DNA of 64,000 nucleotides from Candidatus Bathyarchaeota archaeon (GCA_963733055.1 CAVTBR010000003.1:320001-384000); one strand, 5' to 3'. Counted from the first letter of the stretch, positions 10,406 through 20,858 are shown. A program made the numbers and translations. Notes: generated from the sequence alone by a model not told the origin.

Positions 10406-11728
10406 TCATTCGGTTGAAGTCGAGTGGTTAAGGAGTCTTCGCCGCAACATGGTCACGACTGCTATCCCTAGAAGTAGGCCCGAGAGCAATGCTTCAATTG
10501 GGAACCCTGGTATCGCTGGCGCATTCGATGGACCGACTCCAAACGTAGCGGAAGCAGAATCCCCGGTTGAACCTATCGCGGTAACCGTATAAAATCCGGC
10601 TGCGACGTTTCCCGCAACGAATGATCCAGACAGTGTTCCTCCTGAGATTGAGCATGTCGCAGAGCTTACGGCGGAGCCCGAAAGTGAACAGGATGTGTCG
10701 CTTGTCGAGAAACCGGAACCCGACACCTGGATCGTAGTTCCTGGAATTACAGAATTTGTGTTGAGTACAATTGCCGGAGTCAGGGTGGCCGTAACGGTTA
10801 AGACTTGTTGGGCGAAGTCTCCTTGACTTGCTGCGCATGGGTTGTTGCCTGAGCAGCCGGTTACCTCTATCACATACTGGCCAGCTGCAACGTTACCCAC
10901 AACGAAACTTCCGTGAATTCCTTCTGTCCCTGAAGTCACAGAGCAACCAGAATTTGTCACTACGTTGGGGCTTGGACTTGTGATGGAACAGGCTTGGTCT
11001 GACAACTGGAACCCTGTTCCGCTGACTGAGATATCAGTGCCCGGAACTCCGGTCGCGGGGCTGAGGGTGATCAGAGGGCCGCCAGTAACGGTAAACACTT
11101 GCTGGGCGAAATCGCCCGCACTGGGACTGCAACCATTATTGCCAATACATGCCGTGACTTCAATTACGTAGTCGCCGGGCGAAACGTTGCCCACTATGAA
11201 GGTTCCACTGCCCGAACCGTTGCTGACAACGCACGCGGAAAGTGTCACAACGTTACCCGTCGGACTTGAAATTGAGCAGCTCGTATCGTTCGTAGGAACA
11301 TTACTGAAAGTGAAGGTAACTTCGTTACCAACAGAACCGGAGGTTGGGTTTAGAGAGAACGACAAGCCGTTCACTTGGAACGAGGTTTGGACGGAATCAC
11401 CCTTTGATTGTCCGGTCACGGTGATTATGTATGAGCCCGGGGGGGTGTATTGCTTGATCGTGAATGTGAAAGTCCCTGAACCGCCACTCACCGAGCAGGA
11501 TGAAGGGTTGTAGACGGGTGTCCCTGCAACGGTGCAGGTCGTGTCGCTTGAATCGTAGCCTGAAAGCGTGACGGTTACTAAAGTTCCAGGAATTCCGCTA
11601 GAAGGGTCAAAGCTAACCGACGGAGTTGCTTGAACATTGATTACGGCTTGCGCTGAGATCAACGTGATAATTCCTAGAGCGAAGAGCGCAATAACGTACC
11701 TGAAGCACCGTCTGGTTTGCAAACGCAA
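10406..11728 (-). CDS. Secreted surface protein with four Cys-containing Ig/IPT-like repeats and a PGF-CTERM-like sorting tail
   Basis: Signal peptide; repeats P.SG.PGT.V.VSG.GF..SD..C.I; C-terminus IPGFP + hydrophobic helix + RRR. Confidence 0.8.
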   Translation of the reverse strand: MRLQTRRCFRYVIALFALGIITLISAQAVINVQATPSVSFDPSSGIPGTLVTVTLSGYDSSDTTCTVAGTPVYNPSSCSVSGGSGTFTFTIKQYTPPGSYIITVTGQSKGDSVQTSFQVNGLSFSLNPTSGSVGNEVTFTFSNVPTNDTSCSISSPTGNVVTLSACVVSNGSGSGTFIVGNVSPGDYVIEVTACIGNNGCSPSAGDFAQQVFTVTGGPLITLSPATGVPGTDISVSGTGFQLSDQACSITSPSPNVVTNSGCSVTSGTEGIHGSFVVGNVAAGQYVIEVTGCSGNNPCAASQGDFAQQVLTVTATLTPAIVLNTNSVIPGTTIQVSGSGFSTSDTSCSLSGSAVSSATCSISGGTLSGSFVAGNVAAGFYTVTAIGSTGDSASATFGVGPSNAPAIPGFPIEALLSGLLLGIAVVTMLRRRLLNHSTSTE

Positions 11729-11877
11729 TCATTCACATAGCAGAAAAACACTGAAGATAAACCTAACCGGCAAAGTAGTCAGATACGTGTCACTTTCCGA
11801 ATCAATTACGTCTGATTGTTAGCAGCACGTTGCGTTGAGGCGGGAACGTACTTGCCGTATGTGAACCCTAAAACGTT

Positions 11878-12141
11878 TCAGAGATGACTGACCGGCGTCT
11901 CCTCTTGTTTCCTAGCTACATAAAACGCGATTATCCCGGCTAGTACTGTGGGAAGGTAAACAATCGCTATTTCAAAGTCCAATGCAAGGAACGGGCTGTT
12001 CATGAGGCGCATCGTGAGCATCCATAATGAGACTAGGAGCAGGATTACGAACGCGTAGCGCCAAGTTTTTTTGTCTTCGTCGTGGGGCGTCGAATTTGTC
12101 AATCCCGGCTCAGTATCCGGCTTCTTCTCTCTCGCCTTCAA
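11878..12141 (-). CDS. Small two-TM membrane protein overlapping the rpo6 3' end
   Basis: Two hydrophobic segments; overlapping arrangement suggests an operon. Confidence 0.6.
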   Translation of the reverse strand: MKAREKKPDTEPGLTNSTPHDEDKKTWRYAFVILLLVSLWMLTMRLMNSPFLALDFEIAIVYLPTVLAGIIAFYVARKQEETPVSHL

Positions 12142-12412
12142 GTAACGTTGTGAGCGGGATGTTCATGCTCGTACCGTCGGGCAAGGACCTTCGTATGCTG
12201 ATCGGGAGGGCTTCTTCCTGAAGTTCAAGCTCGGCAAGTTCGATTGGTGACTTTAACGATTCGGGAACATCGAGCAATACTGGTGCGCCCATCGAAATCT
12301 GCAGGGCTCTCGCACCGACGACCCTGGCTCGTTCGAAACGCGTGAGTTTCTTGGGGCCGATCAGTTGGACCGATGCTTTTCTAGGACTCGCCTTCTCCCT
12401 CTTCTTTACCAC
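12110..12412 (-). CDS. rpo6: DNA-directed RNA polymerase subunit K (Rpo6)
   Basis: LTRFERARVVGARALQISMGAP...LPISIRRSLPDG; probable GTG start at 12412. Confidence 0.96.
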   Translation of the reverse strand: MVKKREKASPRKASVQLIGPKKLTRFERARVVGARALQISMGAPVLLDVPESLKSPIELAELELQEEALPISIRRSLPDGTSMNIPLTTLLEGEREEAGY

Positions 12413-14027
12413 TTTCTGGCCCCTTTGGTGCTCCGCTTTCCTTCGATTTGGACGATGCAATGACGTCGTCGATCTTCAAGATCATGCAGGCCGCTTCGCT
12501 GGCAGATTTCAGAGCCTGCACCTTTACCGCAAGGGGCTCATAAACTTCGAGTTTCGCCAAATCCGCAACCTTCCCCCCTATCGGATCGATACCTACCCAC
12601 TTCGACTTCGCTTGGTGCTTCGCCCTAACCGCCATCAACGAATCAATCGGATCCATTCCCCCATTCTCCGCAAGAGACAGGGGGATAATTTCCAGCGCGT
12701 CGGCGAATGCTTGAACTGCTAACTGCTCCTTTCCCGAGAGTTTCTGGCTGTAGGCTCTGACCATTCGAGAGACCTCCGCCTCAATGGATCCCCCACCTGC
12801 AACAACGAAAGGCTCAACGACGACGTCCCGAACAACACATAACGCATCGTGAATGGCACGTTCAGCTTCGTCTACCACGCGTTCTGTGCCTCCGCGGACG
12901 AGTATGCTAACTGCCTTCGGATTCTTGCAACCCTCCACGAAGGTCATTTTGTCATCGGATACTTTTCTTTCTTCAACGAGACCCGCTTGCCCTAAGTCGG
13001 AGGGCTTCATACCTTCAAGTTGAGAGAGTATGCGTCCCCCTGTAGCTCTGACCAGTTTCTCCATGTCAGACTGCTTTACGCGTCTTACGGCCAGGATGCC
13101 TTTCTTTGCCATGAAGTGTTGGGCTACGTCATCAATGCCTTTCTCGCAAATTGCAACGTTCGCGCCGGAATGTGCGATCTTGTCCACCATATCTCTGAGG
13201 ATCTTCTCTTCCTCGTCCAGAAAGCCTTTCATTTGATCCGGGTTCTGGATGTTCAGTTTCGCATCAAACTCAGGCTTCTCAACTTCAAGTGGACAGTTGA
13301 TGAGGGCAATCTTCGCCTTCTCAACCCGTTTCGGCATGCCTGGGTGCACGACCTCCTTGTCTAGAAGAACACCTTGAATCAAGACAGTGTCGGTTAACGC
13401 GGCGCCAGGTTTCTTCTCGACTTTGATGTCCTCGACATCCGCCTTGTACACCTTTCCCGACTTTTCGGCGACCTCCATAACGGCACGCAGTGCCATGTCT
13501 GCGATGAGGTCTTTGTAGTCGGAAAGGAGCTTGCTGGCAAGCGCTGTCTTAGCGACTTTCTTGAGCATCACCTTATCGTTCGGTTTAACTTTGATCGCGA
13601 GTCTGCGCAGAAATTCTAGCGCTTTTGCGCTCGCTATTTGATAGCCGTCGACGACTACGGTAGGGTGAACGTCCCTGTCGATCAGGGTTTGGGCTTTCGT
13701 TAACAACTCTCCCGCTAGAACAACAGCTGTAGTGGTCCCGTCCCCGACCTCATCGTCCTGAGTCTTGGCCACTTCAACTAGCATCTTGGCGGCCGGGTGT
13801 TGAACCTCCATTTCATCAAGAATCGTGGCACCATCATTGCTTATCGTCACATCGCCAAACCCATCAACCAACATCTTATCCATACCCTTCGGTCCGAGAG
13901 AGGATCGAATAGATTCAGCGACGACCAACGCCGCGGTAATGTTAGCGTGTGTGGCGTCGCGACCTTGAGACCTCGACGTCCCCTCTTTCAGGATAATCGT
14001 CTGTTGACCACCAATATTCCTTGACAG
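12381..14027 (-). CDS. Thermosome (group II chaperonin) subunit
   Basis: SLGPKGMDKMLVD, NDGATIL, GDGTTT. The conserved IILKEGTSRSQGRDA segment lies upstream of the ORF-track start, in frame back to CTG at 14027. Confidence 0.97.
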   Translation of the reverse strand: MSRNIGGQQTIILKEGTSRSQGRDATHANITAALVVAESIRSSLGPKGMDKMLVDGFGDVTISNDGATILDEMEVQHPAAKMLVEVAKTQDDEVGDGTTTAVVLAGELLTKAQTLIDRDVHPTVVVDGYQIASAKALEFLRRLAIKVKPNDKVMLKKVAKTALASKLLSDYKDLIADMALRAVMEVAEKSGKVYKADVEDIKVEKKPGAALTDTVLIQGVLLDKEVVHPGMPKRVEKAKIALINCPLEVEKPEFDAKLNIQNPDQMKGFLDEEEKILRDMVDKIAHSGANVAICEKGIDDVAQHFMAKKGILAVRRVKQSDMEKLVRATGGRILSQLEGMKPSDLGQAGLVEERKVSDDKMTFVEGCKNPKAVSILVRGGTERVVDEAERAIHDALCVVRDVVVEPFVVAGGGSIEAEVSRMVRAYSQKLSGKEQLAVQAFADALEIIPLSLAENGGMDPIDSLMAVRAKHQAKSKWVGIDPIGGKVADLAKLEVYEPLAVKVQALKSASEAACMILKIDDVIASSKSKESGAPKGPESGKEEGEGES

Positions 14028-14140
14028 CCCTCAAAGCCTCCGCTATGAACAACTAAGCCCAGCAAGGAACTGATTTCATATAAATTTTACTAAAAGTAAC
14101 AACGAAGGCGAGAGACTTACAGCCTCATTCCCGAACGCAG

Positions 14141-14992
14141 TTAGCCCACTGACGCACCGCATTTCTTGCAGAACTTCGCCTTTGGCGGGAGTTTCGCTCC
14201 GCATTTCGGGCATGTGGATTCTGGTGACGTTTTCCCTCTTTTAGATTTGGACTTTAACATGAATACCGCGACTGCAATGATGATAATGATTATCAGAGCA
14301 GGAATTGCAACCCAAGTCATGTCGCCTGACGTGGGCAGAACATTCTGGCTTGACACTCCTTGTGTCTGATACAAAGTAAGGGTCTCAGTCGCCGCGGTCG
14401 TGAGGGCGTTTTCAATCGTGGCGTAGACATAATTGGTTACTGTCGTGGCGACTGGCTGTGAGACTAGCAATATATGCACGTTGGGGGATTGTCCAACAAC
14501 GAAGTTCTCCGCGAGGAACCAATAAGTGCCAGAAGTCGGCGGTGTCCATTGCCAACTAATTGTCGTCGCGGGCCCAAGGTCAGCCAACGTCGCGATGTTG
14601 TTGTCATCAGGATTACAGTATGGCGTCGGCAATGAGTTCCAGGTTTGGTAGTCCACATCTCTCAAAAGAAACAGCTGTATGTTTGAAGTTGCGGTAATGT
14701 TACCAGCAATTTGCTCCCCCGCGGTCACGTCGAAGTTCAATGGGGAAATGTAGCAGGCCCGGCCACTAGTAGGGGCGGTTATTTGCAGGGTTCTATCCAG
14801 AATCGTTGGGCTGACGGTTGTTGTTTGGTAGTTCGCGCCTGAGGTGACGACACTGTATTGGGTTGCGGAACTCTCGCTTGTCACGGTTGTGACCGTGCTA
14901 AGTGTAGTGATACTCTGGGCGAAACTTGGTCTTACCGCAAAAACAATTGTAACTAGCAGAAGCAGCGAAATGCAAATTCGTTGAAATCGCAT
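14141..14992 (-). CDS. Single-pass membrane protein: secreted beta domain, TM helix, C-terminal zinc ribbon
   Basis: Signal peptide, Thr-rich linkers, TM, CPKCG...CKKCG. Confidence 0.75.
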   Translation of the reverse strand: MRFQRICISLLLLVTIVFAVRPSFAQSITTLSTVTTVTSESSATQYSVVTSGANYQTTTVSPTILDRTLQITAPTSGRACYISPLNFDVTAGEQIAGNITATSNIQLFLLRDVDYQTWNSLPTPYCNPDDNNIATLADLGPATTISWQWTPPTSGTYWFLAENFVVGQSPNVHILLVSQPVATTVTNYVYATIENALTTAATETLTLYQTQGVSSQNVLPTSGDMTWVAIPALIIIIIIAVAVFMLKSKSKRGKTSPESTCPKCGAKLPPKAKFCKKCGASVG

Positions 14993-15086
14993 GCTGCCAG
15001 ACTATTCGGCATTGCTTAAGTAATTTTCCATGTGCCGCGAACGGTAGGTAAAGTATATGATTCGTGATTACGATTGCTCTGAACAT

Positions 15087-18008
15087 TCAAGTTTCTACTT
15101 TCTTGCCACATTCGATGCAGAAGGTGGAGTCGGGAGGTAACTTGTTTCCGCAGTTTGGGCAGGTTCTTGATTGTCTCCTCGACGGGTTCCGTTTACGTTT
15201 TCGGAACGCAAACAATGCTGAGAGGATGGCGACGATCGTGATGATTGAGGAAGTCATGTATGCTAGCGTATAGTCCGTCGCCCACACGGCTTGGACTGTG
15301 TTTGGTCCATTCATAATGGTGGTGGACGTTGTGCTTGTGATTCCGGTGTTCCAGCGAAGGAATGTGGCCCTTGCTCCCAGGATGCCTAGAATGCCGGGCA
15401 GTAGAGTTTGCGAACTCACTGAGTACGTTGCTGTTGAGCCTTCATCGTACCACCCTCCGCCTTGCGGGTTGTCGTAATCTGAGACGACCGTCAGTAGGTA
15501 TTGCGTTTTGAAAACTGGCGAATAGTCGCCGGGGCGAGTTGCCGTGATTACTCTTGTGAGGTCTGTTGATCCATCAGGCCAACTCACGAAAATGTATCGG
15601 ACACCCGTCGCTCCGATTTCGACCTGTTCCACTTGCAGCGTATGCGTGGATCCCGGGTCCCAATTGAACGAGGTGGAGGCTAGTTGTGCGCCCGTGTAAG
15701 TGGTGCCGTCGATAAGAACGGTTGCGTTATTGGGTAGGTTACCGAGCGTCACCAGTATCTTTGGTGAGTAGACCCAAGCACCCCTACCGTGAGTGGCTGC
15801 CCAAAGTCGGCCGTCCGAGGCAAACTTGAGATCCAAAACAGGCACTCCTGGCAACCCTCTTCCCAAGTTCGCCCAGCTTACGCCTTGGTTTACGGACACA
15901 TAGACTCCGCGATCGGTTCCGATGTAAATCCCTGACCCCTCTTGATTTAGGGTGATCGAGTCGACTGGCTCGTTTGGCAAATTGGAACTGACATCTTTCC
16001 AAGCTTGGCCTGCATTTGAGGTTGAGAACACATGTCCGTTTCCGAAACCGGTGAACGTAGCGTAGGCTTGAGTCGGGAATCTTGGATCTACTGCGATCTG
16101 AGTTACGGGAACATATGGTAGACCATAGTCTTTGGTAAAATGTCCTCCCTGATCGACCGAGACGAAAATGTTGCCTGCGGTGGTTCCGACATAGATGTAG
16201 TTGCTCGCGGAAGGTGCGACGGTTATCGCGGAGATGCATTCACCTTGGGAGCAGTCTGTCGGAGTTGGAAGTGAGAGACCCGGGGATACCTTGGACCATT
16301 GGCCTCCCCGGTTACTTGTTTTGTACAGGTTACTTGTACCTAGATACATTGTGCTGGGACTGCTCTGGTCTATTGCGATTGGAACCATGAAGGTTGCCTT
16401 GTCGGAAGACGCGATCCCATTCTCGATCGGTACCCAAGTTGCACCACCGTCTTCCGAACGAAACAGCCAGTCGTACCCGTCTTTATACACGCTCCATTGC
16501 TGGGTCTCGTACATTATTTTTGGATTCTGAGGATCGAACCCTGTCCATCCGCCGTCTCCACAATTGTTGTCTTCTGTCCACACTGTGGAAAATCCGTTAT
16601 GAGAAAGGCAGCCGTTATCTTGGGTCCCGCCCAACAAATGTGAACTATCTTTGGGGTCAACCGCGATGGAGTAAAATTGTGTAATTCCAAGGTTAGTGTT
16701 CAAATCCGTCCAGCAGGCAGTGGGTGCGCATGAGTCTGCGTTTGTTGAGGAGAAGATTCCGCCGTCGTTACCTACGTAGATCTTCGAATGTGATGTGGGA
16801 CTGAAAGCGAAGGCGTGCTGATCTACATGGATTAGACCCAGGTCGATGTAACCGCCCAGATCGCTCCAGGTAGCGCCTCCGTTGTTTGATCGGTAGAGGT
16901 CTAAGCCACCTAGGTAGATGGTATTGCGGTCGGTTGGGTCAACTGCAACATACAAATCGTAGTCGCATTGCTTACCGCAGAAATCTTTGTCGGCTGCCTT
17001 CGCAGGGGGCGGCACGTTGACCATTGACCACGTAGACCCGCCATCATTACTTCTATACAATCGCCCAACTCCAAAATCGCTGCTTCCATCGAAGTATTGA
17101 ATCGCAGCGTAAAGAGTAAGATGGGATGAGACGGAAATTCCCAAACTAATTCGGCCGACACTGTTTGGACTCGGCCAACCTGACGGAGGGCCCGCCCAAG
17201 ACTTCCCCCCGTCGTGAGATACATACAGACTACCATCCTGAGCCAAATAGACGCTGGAGGGATTCGCGGGGTCAATCGCCACGTCCCACGCTTGTTCATC
17301 AAAAGTAGTTCCCTGCGTCGGGCGGATCAGAGTCCAAGAGTTTCCTGCATCAGTAGAGACAAATAGACCCAATTGCACGCCAGGCTCCACGTAAACGTAG
17401 TCCGTGTGGGTTGCCATCGTACCCCCGAGTGAGGCGGTAGCAAAAATCTTGTTGGGATTCGTTGGATCGATTGCTAGCTTTGAGATGGCAGAACGTCCGA
17501 AAGTTGAAACGCCGAGGCGGATCCAAGTTTTGCCTCCGTCGAGCGACTTCAAGATTCCAGAACCATTGAACCCCCAGTTTGCGTCTCCAGTTCCTGCGTA
17601 CAGTACGCCGTTTGAATCAATCACCAGAGCTCCAATGTCTATTGATCCTGTGGTCAGGTTGTCCATCAGCGGCACCCAATTGGAACCGCCGTCAGTAGAC
17701 TTCCAGACACCGCCGGTAGCGCTTCCAACGTAAATCGTGTTTGCATTCGTCGGATCGATCGCGATGGCCGAAATTCTGCCGCTACATTGATCCGGAAGAG
17801 TACCTTGTCCGCAGTTCTTGAGTGGCGCAGGTCCAAATGAGACCCACGATCCGCCACTCGTCGGAAAATCCGCGGTTGGTTTAGTGGCTAAATTCGAGCC
17901 AGACGCAATAAACGTGAGAAGGGACGCCGCAAGAGCTAGTTCAAGCATCAATACACACAAGACTCGAAGTAGGCGCAATTTGAAATCGGCCGGCTTTAGA
18001 TATTCCAA
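15087..18008 (-). CDS. Large membrane-anchored BNR/Asp-box beta-propeller protein (GH74/VPS10-like) with InlB-B-like repeats, TM and C-terminal zinc ribbon
   Basis: Many S.DGG.(T/S)W Asp boxes, GRISAIAIDP, HVDQH, GGTQDNG, ATHGRG; ends with TM + CPNCG...CIECG. Confidence 0.85.
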   Translation of the reverse strand: MEYLKPADFKLRLLRVLCVLMLELALAASLLTFIASGSNLATKPTADFPTSGGSWVSFGPAPLKNCGQGTLPDQCSGRISAIAIDPTNANTIYVGSATGGVWKSTDGGSNWVPLMDNLTTGSIDIGALVIDSNGVLYAGTGDANWGFNGSGILKSLDGGKTWIRLGVSTFGRSAISKLAIDPTNPNKIFATASLGGTMATHTDYVYVEPGVQLGLFVSTDAGNSWTLIRPTQGTTFDEQAWDVAIDPANPSSVYLAQDGSLYVSHDGGKSWAGPPSGWPSPNSVGRISLGISVSSHLTLYAAIQYFDGSSDFGVGRLYRSNDGGSTWSMVNVPPPAKAADKDFCGKQCDYDLYVAVDPTDRNTIYLGGLDLYRSNNGGATWSDLGGYIDLGLIHVDQHAFAFSPTSHSKIYVGNDGGIFSSTNADSCAPTACWTDLNTNLGITQFYSIAVDPKDSSHLLGGTQDNGCLSHNGFSTVWTEDNNCGDGGWTGFDPQNPKIMYETQQWSVYKDGYDWLFRSEDGGATWVPIENGIASSDKATFMVPIAIDQSSPSTMYLGTSNLYKTSNRGGQWSKVSPGLSLPTPTDCSQGECISAITVAPSASNYIYVGTTAGNIFVSVDQGGHFTKDYGLPYVPVTQIAVDPRFPTQAYATFTGFGNGHVFSTSNAGQAWKDVSSNLPNEPVDSITLNQEGSGIYIGTDRGVYVSVNQGVSWANLGRGLPGVPVLDLKFASDGRLWAATHGRGAWVYSPKILVTLGNLPNNATVLIDGTTYTGAQLASTSFNWDPGSTHTLQVEQVEIGATGVRYIFVSWPDGSTDLTRVITATRPGDYSPVFKTQYLLTVVSDYDNPQGGGWYDEGSTATYSVSSQTLLPGILGILGARATFLRWNTGITSTTSTTIMNGPNTVQAVWATDYTLAYMTSSIITIVAILSALFAFRKRKRNPSRRQSRTCPNCGNKLPPDSTFCIECGKKVET

Positions 18009-18407
18009 GTACTTAACAATTCGCTAGAGAAAAGTTTCATCGCTCCTATCCGACGGAATTCGCTTTTCGAAAAGCCTAAACTGATTTCGAGACTTGGCAA
18101 CTTTGGCACTTAAGCCGGTGGGTCGATTTCGTCTCCCCAAACTCTCGGTAATCAAGTTAGTTCTTGACCTATCAACAACCAAGAATCTTGGCGTGTAGCT
18201 CTCGTGAAGCGAGTTATCAAATTAGTAGAAATTTGACCAGCTTTCTGCTTTCAAGAGAAATGATGAATGTGATGATTGAATACATGTCCGAGCATCGTCT
18301 TTACGGAATCCGTCACATTTGCATGGCCAATTCCACACCGCGTCTGCTAGAAACACTTTTAGATGAACATACTCTAGAGAGCGACCTCGATTCAGAGTCG
18401 ATTCTTT

Positions 18408-19526
18408 GTGCGGGACATTATTCGAATTAATCAGCCGATGATTGGGAAGGAGGAGATTGACGCTGCGACGGAGGTTTTGAAGAGTGGCATTCTTACTGAG
18501 AAGAGTGGGATGGGGCCGCGGGTTCTGGAGTTTGAGAAAGACTTCGCGAAGTATGTCGGAGCTAAGCATGCTGTTGCCGTGAACACCGGGACGGCGGCCC
18601 TCCACTGTGCACTATTGGTTGCAGGCGTCAAGGCTGGGGATGAAGTCATCATTCCTTCTTTTACTTTCCACGCAACCGCCGAAACGATCCTAATGACGGG
18701 TGCCGAACCTGTCTTCGCCGACATCGACCCCGACACCTACACTGTCACGGCTGAAACAGTGGAGGCCGCGATGACTCGGAATACCAAGGCGATTATGCCG
18801 GTTCACATCTACGGGCTTCCCGCCGACCTTGACCCCATGAAGAAGGTGGCGAGGGAACGCGGAGTTGCGTTGATTGAGGATGCTGCGCAGGCTCATGGGG
18901 CCGAGTATAAGGGCTCCCGCATCGGGTCGGTTGGAGACCTGTCCTGTTTCAGCTTCTACGCGGGTAAGAACATGACGACGGGGGAAGGCGGGATGGTTAC
19001 GACGAATGATGACGATTATTCAGAAAGGCTGCGAATGCTTAGGTCGCATGGCGAACAACGACCTTACTGGCCGGTTTCAGTCGGCAACAACTACCGAATG
19101 ACTGAACTGTTGGCAGCGATCGGCTCGGCTCAGCTCAAGAAATTGCCCTCATTCCTAGAACGGCGTCGGAGCAATGCCCAGTTTCTCGCGGAAAAGGTTG
19201 GCATGCTGGGTAAGGTGGTTTCGCCAAAGGAGCCTGAGGGGCGCAAGCATGCGTGGTATCTCTTTACGCTTCGACTGCGGGGCGCAAATGCAGGGAAGCG
19301 GAACAAGGTGATTGAGAAGATGAGGTCTAGGAATATTGAAGCCTCTGTTTATTACGAGTCACCCCTGCACTTACTTCCACTGTATCGGGAGCGTTCTACT
19401 TCCCGGCGGCCTTTGCCTGAAACCGAGAAGGCATGTAGGCAGGTCTTCTCATTGCCCGTGCATCCTAAGCTCGGGGAACAGGAGTTAGACTACGTCTTCG
19501 ATACTCTGAAGCGAGTGCTAACGTGA
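18408..19526 (+). CDS. DegT/DnrJ/EryC1/StrS sugar aminotransferase
   Basis: GTAALH, MPVHIYG, IEDAAQAHGA, FSFYAGKNMTTGEGGM. Confidence 0.95.
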   Translation: MRDIIRINQPMIGKEEIDAATEVLKSGILTEKSGMGPRVLEFEKDFAKYVGAKHAVAVNTGTAALHCALLVAGVKAGDEVIIPSFTFHATAETILMTGAEPVFADIDPDTYTVTAETVEAAMTRNTKAIMPVHIYGLPADLDPMKKVARERGVALIEDAAQAHGAEYKGSRIGSVGDLSCFSFYAGKNMTTGEGGMVTTNDDDYSERLRMLRSHGEQRPYWPVSVGNNYRMTELLAAIGSAQLKKLPSFLERRRSNAQFLAEKVGMLGKVVSPKEPEGRKHAWYLFTLRLRGANAGKRNKVIEKMRSRNIEASVYYESPLHLLPLYRERSTSRRPLPETEKACRQVFSLPVHPKLGEQELDYVFDTLKRVLT

Positions 19527-20858
19527 TTTCTGTGCTACCAGGATCGGGAGTGCTCGTAGAATTTCGTCTAGAGTAGGCTTTGTGGTTTCTCGAATCTCGT
19601 AACTGACACGCACTGCCGGCTTAGGAAGCTTCATGATCCTTCGCAAGTCGATAGGGGTTCCCATGACTAGCAAGTCGCAATCTATTGCGGCGATTGTTTG
19701 CTCCAGCTCCCTGATCTGTTTCTCGCCGTATCCCATCGCTGGCAGTACTTGGCCTAGGTGCGGGTACTTTTCATAGGTACGTTTGATCGAACCAACCGCG
19801 AATGGCTTGGGGTCAACAAGTTGTTTGGCGCCGAACTTTCGTGCCGCAATCGCCCCAACACCTTCCTTCATCCCGCCATGGGTGACCGTTGGTCCATCCT
19901 CGATCGCAACGACCCTTTTGTCGCGAATTACCGCTTCATCGTCCACATGAATCTCCGATGCTGCGTCGACAATTTTCGCTTCGGGTCTCGCCAATTTCAC
20001 GTTCTTACGTACGATTTCGACGTTCTCGGGAGAGGCAGTGTCAACTTTGTTTATCACTACAACATCCGCCATCCTAAGGTTAGCCTCACCAGGGTAGTAC
20101 AGAAGCTCATGACCAGGACGAAGCGGGTCAACAACGACAATTTGTAAGTCCGGCTTGTAGAATGGGAGATCATTGTTTCCCCCATCCCATAGGATAACAT
20201 CAGCCTCCTTCTCAGCTTCGCGTAGGATCTGTTCGTAATCTACGCCCGCGTAGACGACGTTTCCAATGTCGATGTGCGGTTCGTATTCTTCCCGTTCTTC
20301 AATCGTGCATTCATATCGCTTCAAGTCATCGTAAGTGGCGAACCGTTCACAGATCTCGTCTGCCAGTATTCCATAGGGCATCGGGTGTCGGATAACAACG
20401 ACCCGCCCAAAATGCTTCTTGAGCGATCGTGAGACGGCTCTAGAAACGGTGCTTTTTCCAACTCCAGTCCGGACACCGCAAACAGAAATCATCGGCAGTT
20501 TCGATTTGATCATCGTCGTTTTCGGCCCCATTAAGCGAAAGTCCGGGCCGCAAGCCAACACCGCTGAAGCTTTGTGCATTACATCATCGTAGGAAAGATC
20601 ACTGTATGCGAGGACGACGAGCTCAACATTCTCGTCCTTGATGATCTTGGTAAGATCCGATTCGGGTAGAATAGGCACGCCTTTGGGGTAGAGTCGGCCT
20701 GATAATTTTGGAGGATAAGTGCGGCCTTCTATTCCTGGAATTTGAGTTGCGGTAAAAGCGACGACTTCGTACTCTTGGTTGTCTCGGAAGTAGACGTTGA
20801 AATTGTGAAAGTCTCTTCCCGCCGCACCCATTATAACAGTGCGAATCTGGTCGGCCAA
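19518..20858 (-). CDS. cDPG-synthetase-related P-loop protein, probable arginine synthetase (ArcE type)
   Basis: GAAGRDFHNFN, AFTATQIP, RTGVGKS, RHPMPYG, TIEEREEYEPHI, WDGGNND, EDGPTVTHGGM. Confidence 0.8.
   Translation of the reverse strand: MADQIRTVIMGAAGRDFHNFNVYFRDNQEYEVVAFTATQIPGIEGRTYPPKLSGRLYPKGVPILPESDLTKIIKDENVELVVLAYSDLSYDDVMHKASAVLACGPDFRLMGPKTTMIKSKLPMISVCGVRTGVGKSTVSRAVSRSLKKHFGRVVVIRHPMPYGILADEICERFATYDDLKRYECTIEEREEYEPHIDIGNVVYAGVDYEQILREAEKEADVILWDGGNNDLPFYKPDLQIVVVDPLRPGHELLYYPGEANLRMADVVVINKVDTASPENVEIVRKNVKLARPEAKIVDAASEIHVDDEAVIRDKRVVAIEDGPTVTHGGMKEGVGAIAARKFGAKQLVDPKPFAVGSIKRTYEKYPHLGQVLPAMGYGEKQIRELEQTIAAIDCDLLVMGTPIDLRRIMKLPKPAVRVSYEIRETTKPTLDEILRALPILVAQKSR

Noticed and set aside
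18255-18330. ATGATGA/GTGATGA as C boxes of a C/D sRNA
   Set aside because: No properly placed CTGA D box or C' box follows.
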